A stretch of DNA of 39,556 nt. Origin: a virus (taxonomy: Duplodnaviria; Caudoviricetes). Position 1 is the stretch's first letter, and each line of letters starts with the position of its first letter. Location: positions 1 to 39,556 of the IMG/VR virus record IMGVR_UViG_3300007511_000050. One strand, given 5' to 3'. Below the pieces are notes generated by a model. That model was not told the origin of the DNA. It worked only from the letters and a program-made list of their open reading frames with translations, and ran no database searches. Of this stretch, positions 7,901 to 15,913 are shown piece by piece. A program made the position numbers and the translations under genes.

Positions 7901-10815
7901 CATTGACGACGGTTGATATCAACGGTGGTAACATTGATGGCACAGCCATCGGTGCAGCTTCCCACTCAACTGGTAAGTTTACAACTGTTGACGCTACGAC
8001 CGACTTCACTATTGATGGGTTGGTCATAACTGCAGACACTATCACAAATGATGCAGCTTTGGAAGTTGCGTCAACCGGACTGACGCTCAATGCGTCTTTA
8101 GATATAGCATTGTCCGCTGATGGCGGCAACGTCACGATGGATGATGGTACAACCACAGTCTTTGATTTTAATGTTGACGATCCGGCACTTAAAATAATGG
8201 ATGATGCGCAAGTGACAAATTATTTGTCCTTGGCTGTTGGTGCTAACGGAGCTACAACGATAGAGACAGTTGATGCTGACGCCGCTGCAGCAAATCTACA
8301 GATTACTGCAGATGGTACTGTTGATATTGACTCTGCAGGTCTTATGACACTGGATTCTGGTGGAGCAATCAACCTTGAGCCAGCTGCTGGTTCTGCCATC
8401 TTGCTTGATGGTACAATCAGTGTTGATGCGGGTGTCGTTACTGGTGCCACTTCAATAACTTCAACAGCGTTTGTTGGTGCTATTGACGGCGCCCTTGGTG
8501 GTAATACACCAGCCGCCGCCACAGTAACAACACTGTCAGCGACAGGAGACGTCGACTTGGGTGATGCAACCGGTGATACAATCACGGCGACCGGTCGTTT
8601 TGACTCGGACCTTGTTCCAAGCACAGACTCAGCAAGAGACCTGGGTACATCTGCACTTCAGTGGGCAGAGGCACACATCGATACAGGTAATATTGATACT
8701 GTTGTTGCAACTGCTATTACTGCTTCTGCAATTAGAGTTACAGAACTTGATGTTGTTACAATCAACTCAATTAACCAGACCGAAGCAACTCTGGAAATCG
8801 AAGATAAACTCATTGTTTCGGCAGTCAGCGCATCTTCTGCGAATGCAGATGGCGGTGGTTTACGAATTGGTGGAGCTGACAACCAAGCAGCAGGACACGC
8901 TTCTGTGCTTTGGAATCACGCCAGTTCTTCAATGCATCTCAATGTCGGTGGCGAAGTTCAGATACAAATAAAAGACGGCGCTCTTCTTCCAGGAAAAGAT
9001 GACAACGTTGATATAGGATCTGCAACGGATACACTGCAGTTTAAGGACCTTTATCTTGACGGAACAGCAAACGCTGATGCCTTGGCTTTGAATTCGGGCG
9101 CAACGGTTACTGCTATTCTTGACGAAGACGCCATGGGATCGGATAGTGCTACAGCGTTGGCTACACAGCAGTCAATCAAGGCTTATGTTGATGCAAACGG
9201 TGGAAACTTCTACCTAGAAGATGATGATGGTACAGAGGTTCAAATTACCAATAGCAAAGAAATGAAGTTTATTGGTTCTGGTATCACTACTAACTGGACA
9301 GATACATCCGATGGTAGTGATGGTGATCCTTATGACTTGACCTTCACAGTAGATGCTGCACAGACTGGCATTACATCTATCTTGAACAGCAGTTTGAAGC
9401 TTGGATATGGCGCATCTGATGCATATATTCTTTTTTCAACTGATAATGAAATAAACTTTGCTATCGATAACACTACTCAGGTAGTGGTTGATGATGGTAC
9501 TTTTCACCCTGAAACAGATAGTGATGTAGATTTGGGTACAACCGCTAAGCGATTCAAAACCGGTTACATAGACGATATTACTGTAACAAACCACGTTACA
9601 GCATCGTCCTTGATATCAACTGGCGACGTACACGTCGGCGCTAACGGTCACCTTGAGACAACCGACGGTGGTAATGACCACTCCATCTTCCCAACAATGA
9701 CTGGCCCAGGCCAGACATTGACACTTGGTGGTGGTTCTGCTATCAGTACAGCAGGTAGCTTTTCCGCTGCAGCTGCAACAGTAACAAGCTTGAGCGTTTC
9801 TGATGGTAACATCACAAATGTTGGAGACATAAATGCTGATAGCATTAGTGTTGACGGCGCCGCAACGGGCTTGAATATTGATGGCTCCGGTGCAGACACC
9901 ACAAAGTTCAAGGTAACCATGGCAGATAACTTGGCAGACGCTCTCAATATTAATGAGGGTGGAAACTCTTATCTTAAATTCGTTACTACGAATGGTTCTG
10001 AGCAGGTTGTGTTTGGTAAGAACTCCACTTTTGCAAGCACCACAATTGCTGACCTCGGTACTGTAACAACTGCAGACATCAACGGTGGTACAATTGATGG
10101 CGTAACATTAGGTTCAACAAATACAATTAATGTTACAGCAATCGACCTTGATGGTGCAACAGCACTTGGTGGAGCAAGCATGGCTCAGGCTGACTTGTTA
10201 CTCATCGACGATGGTGCCGGCGGTACCATGAAGTCTGTTACTTTCTCGAACTTTGAGGATTCAATTTTCGGAAATGTTTCAGGTGACGCAACAGTCGCAG
10301 CAGGTGGTGCTTTAACAATCGCCGCCACCGCGGTCGAAGGAAGTATGCTTAATAACAATATCGTTAGTGGTCTTGATGATATCAATGCTGCTATCGCAGC
10401 AACTGACGAGATGATCATCAGCGATGCTGGTACAATCAAGAGAACAGACGTTTCACGTCTTGGTACCTTCTTGGGCGGCGGCGACGGCCTTCAGGTCACA
10501 TCTGGTGTGTTGAGTATTACTCCTGTAGAAGACATTTGTTCATCAGCATCAAAGAATAGTATCCTTTCAAATGACTTGGTTACAGCTTCTTTAACGCAGG
10601 ATATGGTATCTGGTTCACTTCAAGTATTCTTGAATGGTATGCTACAGACACCTTCTGGCTCGGTTCAGGGTGGCTCTGATCACACCGCAATCTACGACTA
10701 TTTGTTGATTACTTCTTCGCATGACGGTGAGGCCTTCGCAGGTAAGCCTAAGGTTTGGTTTGCACAGGCTATTGATAGCGACGACGTCATTCAGCTCCGT
10801 TACATCAAGAAATAA
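4939..10815 (+). CDS. Giant modular fibre/adhesin-like virion protein (beta-propeller, Ig-like, ZU5-like, fibre repeats)
   Basis: TAGGAGG RBS. 1958 aa rich in T/S/A/G/D. Propeller-like blades ending ..GW, Big-like domains (DNTGPSVSSV, DTTKPTISSL), a ZU5-like segment (IRLTPHG..F...V), and repeated P..D...DLG....W/F fibre motifs. Confidence 0.7.
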   Translation: MAYELANAIASGSAAQDVAGSSNGQASGGRFSPNGSKIAVTTTRQGGAGSTDQGVDFYVSSSADGWHLNASLDSDSGNAIRQIVWYDTDTVFVVEGNTTVVQYNSGSSGGWAHQRLSANVGFTVMDIVFNPSKTRALVYGATAKLYAYTVSDSGAWSLEKNFSQVGHKPNANINDVSWIDNDTFVVGEPTANTNRGELQVYHYNGSWSKTEQVAGSATTINHYYLGDSVTWHASSSTIIAGATIGAGGSTTEGGLLMIPSSSGYGFLPASNPGWHGYQVNTDSLSTNNSGQPRRALPYGLGIRQDPENDNAFLGGFQSQTGSPFDDGVIYTLESGSSEGWRVTQLYNDHAHHVASVNFNIDLYDGTAVTNNNILYNADATFKVWAIAEYNPPDNTGPSVSSVAITSATNAQNSTLNEGDVVSVTVTMDEATVVNTTGGTPYITLSVGGVSRNASYASGTGTTALIFQYTIASSETTDSDGISIGSNAIALNSGTMQDAAGNNATITHSAVSANSSFKVDTTKPTISSLSVAANNSTVTVTFAEAVYAGSNGTGDLVAADFTLGLSGGNQANISLNATPSGISKTSQSIWVLTLNGTDLDSIALGTETLSVDAANNTSIYDLAGNAHTAAASTVSLNNTAAIDDAVTSTIGSSGGTVKAGNTTVSPDVTVTIPSDALSGNVSIGASVATAFDPKTAGVTQAGGAVGESLSAVIRLTPHGQAFDQAVTVQFKLEGSAAGSCPTNLEIWKRNSATGVWYQLPSDLWSCSSGTVSISTTSFSDFAALGGNNMARTKINNVQLARLAESNKVLPEAINITGSAESLVTSVNDSDVFILQQAGALAKHVSGSVLKSYFAGGGVDVTASAVNENYRLTFVDHQDTSQIGLAVDSDLLYNPSTNTLTATKLSSTNVDGILGANSAAAATVTTLSATGDVDLGNATSDTITATARFDSDLVPSTDSARDLGTSALQWAEAHIDAGYIDAITVTGTSTLTTVDINGGNIDGTAIGAASHSTGKFTTVDATTDFTIDGLVITADTITNDAALEVASTGLTLNASLDIALSADGGNVTMDDGTTTVFDFNVDDPALKIMDDAQVTNYLSLAVGANGATTIETVDADAAAANLQITADGTVDIDSAGLMTLDSGGAINLEPAAGSAILLDGTISVDAGVVTGATSITSTAFVGAIDGALGGNTPAAATVTTLSATGDVDLGDATGDTITATGRFDSDLVPSTDSARDLGTSALQWAEAHIDTGNIDTVVATAITASAIRVTELDVVTINSINQTEATLEIEDKLIVSAVSASSANADGGGLRIGGADNQAAGHASVLWNHASSSMHLNVGGEVQIQIKDGALLPGKDDNVDIGSATDTLQFKDLYLDGTANADALALNSGATVTAILDEDAMGSDSATALATQQSIKAYVDANGGNFYLEDDDGTEVQITNSKEMKFIGSGITTNWTDTSDGSDGDPYDLTFTVDAAQTGITSILNSSLKLGYGASDAYILFSTDNEINFAIDNTTQVVVDDGTFHPETDSDVDLGTTAKRFKTGYIDDITVTNHVTASSLISTGDVHVGANGHLETTDGGNDHSIFPTMTGPGQTLTLGGGSAISTAGSFSAAAATVTSLSVSDGNITNVGDINADSISVDGAATGLNIDGSGADTTKFKVTMADNLADALNINEGGNSYLKFVTTNGSEQVVFGKNSTFASTTIADLGTVTTADINGGTIDGVTLGSTNTINVTAIDLDGATALGGASMAQADLLLIDDGAGGTMKSVTFSNFEDSIFGNVSGDATVAAGGALTIAATAVEGSMLNNNIVSGLDDINAAIAATDEMIISDAGTIKRTDVSRLGTFLGGGDGLQVTSGVLSITPVEDICSSASKNSILSNDLVTASLTQDMVSGSLQVFLNGMLQTPSGSVQGGSDHTAIYDYLLITSSHDGEAFAGKPKVWFAQAIDSDDVIQLRYIKK
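7795..7856 (+). repeat. 62-bp perfect direct repeat, copy 1 (copy 2 at 8617-8678)
   Basis: CCAAGCACAGACTCAGCAAGAGACCTGGGTACATCTGCACTTCAGTGGGCAGAGGCACACAT is identical in both places, 822 nt apart. Confidence 0.9.
8617..8678 (+). repeat. 62-bp perfect direct repeat, copy 2
   Basis: Identical to 7795-7856, within a longer duplicated peptide of about 65 aa. Confidence 0.9.
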
Positions 10816-10839
10816 TTATTCCTACCAACTTTCCTACCC

Positions 10840-10870
10840 AAGCCCGGTTTTCACCGGGCTTTTCTTTTTC
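10840..10870 (+). terminator. Rho-independent terminator
   Basis: AAGCCCGGT-TTTC-ACCGGGCTT followed by a T-tract. Confidence 0.9.
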
Positions 10871-10894
10871 TTGTTGCCGTTGCAGGATAGAAAA

Positions 10895-10904
10895 ACTATT
10901 TAAT
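10895..10904 (+). promoter_or_regulatory. Candidate late promoter motif ACTATTTAAT
   Basis: Between the terminator and the AAGGAG RBS of the sheath gene. Confidence 0.55.
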
Positions 10905-10948
10905 AAGTAAAATAACATTTACTTTAAGTTCCTCAAGGAGATAGCAAC

Positions 10949-13900
10949 ATGGCAGCTAGAAAATTTAAGTTCGTTTCACCCGGAGTTTTTCTAAAAGAGA
11001 TTGATAACTCACAATTACCCAAATTACCTGGAAATATAGGCCCAGTAATAATCGGAAGGACCAGAAAGGGTCCAGCGTTAAATCCAGTAAAGGTAAATTC
11101 ATACGCAGAATTTGTAGAAATGTTCGGAGAGACAGTCCCCGGAAACCAAGGCGATGATGTGTGGAGAGAGGGGAACGGTCTTTTGTCCCCGGCTTACGCT
11201 CATTACGCAGCAAAAGCATATTTCGCCGCAGACATTGATTCTCCGGTAACAGTCATAAGACTCTTAGGAGCTTCAGGTGATAATGCAACCTCAGCCGCCG
11301 GCGCACAAGCAGGATGGGCAGTAGACAAAGCCTGGGCCCTTATAACTTACCCTTCGGGCTCATCTACCGCTAATGACCATACAGTTTCAGCGGTATTTTA
11401 TACGCCTGCAACGGGTACCATGGTGCGATTAGCAGGTCAAGGCGAAGGCGCCGATTTTACAAAAGACTCACCAGCTGATTTTGGAACTTCAGTGCTGACA
11501 GATACCAACGGAGATTTCAAGATTATAATCTCAAGCACAGATAGAGACACCAAGGAAGTCCCGGTAAACTTTCGCAAGGGAAGCAAAAATTACATTAGAA
11601 GCGCTTTGAATACTAACCCTGTATTAACAAACACTAGTGTATCTTATATAACATCTGGTACGTTGGCGGACAAGTACTGGCTCGGAGAAACATTTGAGGA
11701 AAGTTTAAACTCAGCTTCCGATGCCAAGAAGTGTGGATATATGGTTCAGTTGCAAGCAGAAACAACTGACTTCGAGGATTATACTCACGATGCATCTGCG
11801 GGAAGAACAGGTTGGGTATTCAGTCAACATGAAGGTACCGCCAAAGACTATACTGCCGAAGATATGCCTTTGCTATTCAGGCTGATCGCGTTGGCTGAAG
11901 GTGAAGAGCCTTCAAAGAATTTAATAGTATCAATCGAAGATATAAGAGTTCCGCAAACCGGAGACACTGATCCATATGGTTCATTCTCGGTTGTTATTAA
12001 AAAGGTTTTTGGAACAAAGCTAGAAGTAGTGGAATCTTTTGTCGGTTGTAATTTGAACCCTAATTCTCAAAATTATGTTGCGAGGCAAATCGGAGACCAA
12101 TTCTTCCAGTGGTCTTCTGCAGAAAAGAGAAATAAGGTTTACGGAAACTATCCAAACAATTCAAAGTATATCAGAATCGACATGGACTCAAATGTCGACA
12201 TGGGTGCTGTGTCACCCTCTAAGGTACCTTTCGGATTTTATGGACCGGTCATACCAAAAAGAATAGAAAAAACTGTTAGTAGCGGTGTTATCAACGAGAT
12301 AGGCGGCGCCAGCACTTTTATTGAAGAAAGTACTCGATTCAAAGCTGCGAATGTAGCAGACGCAGGTACTGTAACAATCCGTTGGCCAAGTCTAAAGACA
12401 ACAGTTAGTGCCTCCGTAAGAGGAACAGACAGCTTTGGAGCGGCAGTTTATAAATTGTCAGGAGATAATCTCACCAGCGAATTAGACACAGGCATGATAG
12501 ATTACATTAGGAAGATGCCTGCAGGCTTAGCGAAGCAACAAACTGATGGTATTTCCGACGGCTCGACAACTGAATATGCGTTCACATTCAGTTTAGATGA
12601 AATCCGTTTAGAGGGGTCAAATTTAACTGATACTTCACTTGCGAATGTAACATCTTCAGTTTTCGTTAGTGGTTCTAGAGCTTGTCAGTCATCAACAGCA
12701 ACAATTCTTGTGAAAACAACAAATCCAGCGCAACTTAGAGATATGAAATTCACACTAGTGGATACTGCAGGGGTTAGTAAAGAATATCAAACCCATGATG
12801 CTCTTCATGATGATTACGAAACAGGCGAGGTTAGTTCTAACGGCGCTTCAATTCTTGCAGACATTAAAGGTTTAAGCTCTCAAGGCACGATTGCAGCACA
12901 AATTAAGGCCGCTATAGAATCAACCCTGGGCCACAATGGTTCAATTACTTGTGCACTTAGTACGACATCAGCAACAAATGACACAATTACAATTACTCAA
13001 CTAGCTAAAGGCACCGGCGGCAACACAACTATAAGTGCCGTAACAAATGGTAACGCAACACATCTTACAATTAATGGCGCCATTACACAAACCGCTTTTG
13101 CTGGGGGCGTCGGAAACGCAGAGGGAACCTCATATACTGCTGATAATCCAACAAACGGGGTCTCAAACTTGTTAGAGCTAGGTTTCGATAAGTTCCAGAT
13201 GCCTCTCGTCGGCGGATTTGACGGAGTAGATGTCACAGAGCCGGATCCATTTGCGAATAGGTTAACATCTGGCAAGACAACTGCCAACTCGTATGCCTTC
13301 GCATCAATAGATCGAGCGATAGAGCTTGTTAAGGACCCCGAGTTGATCGAGCAGAACCTAGTTGTTATGCCGGGTATCACCACGGATGCACTGACCACAA
13401 AGCTGGTAGAGAAGTGTGAATCTAGAGCAGATTGTTTAGCAATAATTGATTTGCCTGACGTATATTTGCCGGCACATGAAAAGAAGTGCAAAGTGTTTTC
13501 TGACAGAATCGGTACAACGCCTTCAAAGGCTGCAAAAGCAATAAAAGCTAGGCAGCTAAACTCTTCTTATGGTGCGACATACTACCCATGGGTAAAGATC
13601 AAGGACACTGATTCATCAAGAGATATATGGGTTCCACCTTCAGTAGTTGCTTTGGGTGTCATGGCCTATACAGAGCAAAGAGACGAGGTTTGGTTCGCTC
13701 CTGCAGGTTTCAACCGCGGTGGCTTGAACGAAGGGAATGCTGGTGTACCGGTATTGCAAGTTTCTGAGCAGCTTTTATCCAAGCAAAGAGACACACTTTA
13801 CGAGTCTAGTGTTAATCCAATCGCTTCATTTGTAACTGAAGGTTTGGTTATATTTGGTCAGAAGACACTTCAAACAACACCTTCAGCACTGGATAGGATT

Positions 13901-14209
13901 AACGTAAGAAGATTGCTCATCTTCGTCAAAAAAGAGATTTCAAGAATCGCAAGCGGTTTACTGTTCGACCAGAACGTACCAGCTACTTGGAACAGATTCC
14001 TTGGTCAGGTTAACCCTTTCTTGCAAAGTGTTAAGACAAGACTTGGACTCTCTGATTATAAGGTTATCTTAGATAATAGCACTACAACACCAGACTTGGT
14101 GGATAGAAATATTATGTATGCGAAGATCTTCTTGAAGCCAGCTAGAGCAATTGAGTTTATTGCAGTTGATTTTGTTATAACAAATACAGGCGCTTCTTTT
14201 GATGATTAA
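10949..14209 (+). CDS. Contractile tail sheath protein (T4 gp18-like)
   Basis: N-terminal FVSPGVFLKEID. C-terminal YYPWVK, WFAPAGFNRG, FGQKTLQ, DRINVRRLL and KPARAIEFI motifs. Confidence 0.95.
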   Translation: MAARKFKFVSPGVFLKEIDNSQLPKLPGNIGPVIIGRTRKGPALNPVKVNSYAEFVEMFGETVPGNQGDDVWREGNGLLSPAYAHYAAKAYFAADIDSPVTVIRLLGASGDNATSAAGAQAGWAVDKAWALITYPSGSSTANDHTVSAVFYTPATGTMVRLAGQGEGADFTKDSPADFGTSVLTDTNGDFKIIISSTDRDTKEVPVNFRKGSKNYIRSALNTNPVLTNTSVSYITSGTLADKYWLGETFEESLNSASDAKKCGYMVQLQAETTDFEDYTHDASAGRTGWVFSQHEGTAKDYTAEDMPLLFRLIALAEGEEPSKNLIVSIEDIRVPQTGDTDPYGSFSVVIKKVFGTKLEVVESFVGCNLNPNSQNYVARQIGDQFFQWSSAEKRNKVYGNYPNNSKYIRIDMDSNVDMGAVSPSKVPFGFYGPVIPKRIEKTVSSGVINEIGGASTFIEESTRFKAANVADAGTVTIRWPSLKTTVSASVRGTDSFGAAVYKLSGDNLTSELDTGMIDYIRKMPAGLAKQQTDGISDGSTTEYAFTFSLDEIRLEGSNLTDTSLANVTSSVFVSGSRACQSSTATILVKTTNPAQLRDMKFTLVDTAGVSKEYQTHDALHDDYETGEVSSNGASILADIKGLSSQGTIAAQIKAAIESTLGHNGSITCALSTTSATNDTITITQLAKGTGGNTTISAVTNGNATHLTINGAITQTAFAGGVGNAEGTSYTADNPTNGVSNLLELGFDKFQMPLVGGFDGVDVTEPDPFANRLTSGKTTANSYAFASIDRAIELVKDPELIEQNLVVMPGITTDALTTKLVEKCESRADCLAIIDLPDVYLPAHEKKCKVFSDRIGTTPSKAAKAIKARQLNSSYGATYYPWVKIKDTDSSRDIWVPPSVVALGVMAYTEQRDEVWFAPAGFNRGGLNEGNAGVPVLQVSEQLLSKQRDTLYESSVNPIASFVTEGLVIFGQKTLQTTPSALDRINVRRLLIFVKKEISRIASGLLFDQNVPATWNRFLGQVNPFLQSVKTRLGLSDYKVILDNSTTTPDLVDRNIMYAKIFLKPARAIEFIAVDFVITNTGASFDD

Positions 14210-14257
14210 GTTAAAAAAGTGTTTGGAATCATATATAGTTATAGGAGATAATAAATA

Positions 14258-14839
14258 ATGAGTTTTTGGAACCAAGCAAGCATAGAGCCAAAGAGAGCGT
14301 TTAGATGGCTACTTTACATCTCTGGTATGCCGCAGTTTATAGTAAAGAATGTAAAGAAGCCAAGTTTTCAGGTAGCAACAACGAACCATGATTTTATAAA
14401 TTACAAGTTCTACTACCCTGGTCGAGTGACCTGGCAGCCAATCACGGTCACAATTGTTGACCCTGTGCAGCCTGACTCTACAGCTAGTTTGGTTAAGATT
14501 CTAGAAAGTGCTGGCTACGTTTTGCCTGATGAATATACTTCGCAAGCAAACGAGCCAAGAACAATCTCCAAGCAAGCGTTCGTAGATGCTCTCGGTGGAC
14601 AGATACAGCTTGTACAGTTTGGTGCAAACACAGGCGCTCAACAAGAAAACGTTTTGGAAAAGTGGTCTATCAATAATCCTTTCATTACGAGTGTTGATTT
14701 TGGGAGCCTAGACTACAGCCAAGATGAGTTGGTAAATATTTCAATAACCTTCCAGTATGATTGGGCTAATCTTGAATTGCCTGAGACAACTCCTGGTAAG
14801 ATTTGGACTCTTAACCCAACAGCAGCGACAATTGAATAA
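14258..14839 (+). CDS. Tail tube protein (T4 gp19-like)
   Basis: EPKR.FRW, YPGRVTWQPITVT..D and FGSLDYS....I..T..YD motifs. Directly follows the sheath gene. Confidence 0.85.
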   Translation: MSFWNQASIEPKRAFRWLLYISGMPQFIVKNVKKPSFQVATTNHDFINYKFYYPGRVTWQPITVTIVDPVQPDSTASLVKILESAGYVLPDEYTSQANEPRTISKQAFVDALGGQIQLVQFGANTGAQQENVLEKWSINNPFITSVDFGSLDYSQDELVNISITFQYDWANLELPETTPGKIWTLNPTAATIE

Positions 14840-14855
14840 AAGAAAAGAGGTATAA

Positions 14856-15719
14856 ATGTCAAGAAATTCAAGGAGAACGAAAGTTCGGCAGGTTAACAAG
14901 CCTGCACCGCAACCTACTCCTCCTTCTCACCTGAACGACAAATCAAATCCATTTGGTATAAGTTTTGTTGTACCTACTCACACAGTAGAGTTACCCTCTC
15001 GTGGAAACTATTATCCACAAGGGTCTACTATGGCGGGAAGAGAGAAAGTAGAAATAAAACAAATGACGGCAAAACAAGAAGAGATTCTATCGAATGCTGA
15101 TTATTTGACTGATGGCACCATGTTAGATAGACTGGTGTCAAGTATATTAACAGATAACACTATCAATGTAGAAGAGATGTTCTCCGGAGATAAGAATGCT
15201 ATTATTGTAGAAGCCAGAAGAACTTCCTATGGAAGCGAGTATAGTGTAACACAAACCTGTGAAAATTGCAAAAACAACGAAGTTTTTATATTTGATCTTT
15301 CAAAGGTCTCAATAGAAGATCAGGAAATCGAAGGAGTTACTTATTCAGAAGAAACAAACTTGTTTTCTTTTAAACTTCCTTCAACCGGTCTAGACGTCAG
15401 CATCAAAATGCTATCTTCTGCAGACCAAAGATTTTTAAATGAACAGAACGATAAAGCAAAGAAGTTAAATATTGAAAATTCAGAAACTTTAAATTTTCTT
15501 AGAAGATGTGTTGTCAGTGTAAGCAACATAGAAGACAAACAACTTTTAAATGATTTGTTTTCAGTATTGCCGGTTTTGGATATCCGGAAGATAAAGAAAG
15601 TTTCCAACAGTATTGTTCCAACTTTGAACACTAAACAAGAAGTAACATGTGGTGGCTGTGGTCATGTCACCGAAAGCGAGGTGCCCTTTTCGTTGGGCTT
15701 CTTTTGGCCTGACATCTGA
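14856..15719 (+). CDS. Baseplate hub assembly / tail assembly chaperone (T4 gp26-like)
   Basis: VELPSRG..Y, MTAKQEEIL, two CxxC pairs (CENC, CGGC) and terminal FFWP. Confidence 0.75.
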   Translation: MSRNSRRTKVRQVNKPAPQPTPPSHLNDKSNPFGISFVVPTHTVELPSRGNYYPQGSTMAGREKVEIKQMTAKQEEILSNADYLTDGTMLDRLVSSILTDNTINVEEMFSGDKNAIIVEARRTSYGSEYSVTQTCENCKNNEVFIFDLSKVSIEDQEIEGVTYSEETNLFSFKLPSTGLDVSIKMLSSADQRFLNEQNDKAKKLNIENSETLNFLRRCVVSVSNIEDKQLLNDLFSVLPVLDIRKIKKVSNSIVPTLNTKQEVTCGGCGHVTESEVPFSLGFFWPDI

Positions 15720-15873
15720 GTATGTTAAGGAGGTCACATACCAGGAAATATTCTTTCTCCAACATCACGGACGCTTCACGTTTACAGAAGCTTATAACCT
15801 ACCTATCGGACTTCGAAAGTGGTTTGTGTCGAAAAACATAGACTTAATCGAAGAGAGAAATAACAAATCTTAA
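15703..15873 (+). CDS. Short gp51-like / chaperone extension ORF, probably reached by frameshift
   Basis: +1 frame reads FGLTSEY...QEIFFLQHHGRFTFTEAYNLPIGLRKWF, resembling the small conserved domain found before tape measure genes. It has no ATG after the overlap. Confidence 0.6.
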   Translation, partial: FGLTSEYVKEVTYQEIFFLQHHGRFTFTEAYNLPIGLRKWFVSKNIDLIEERNNKS

Positions 15874-15913
15874 AAAACATCCTTAGCTGCATATTTACTA
15901 AGAGGTATTGTAA

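Noticed and set aside
7795-8678. Repeat pair as DGR template/variable repeats
   Set aside because: Both copies are in frame within one gene, differences are mostly synonymous rather than adenine-specific, and no reverse transcriptase is in the window.
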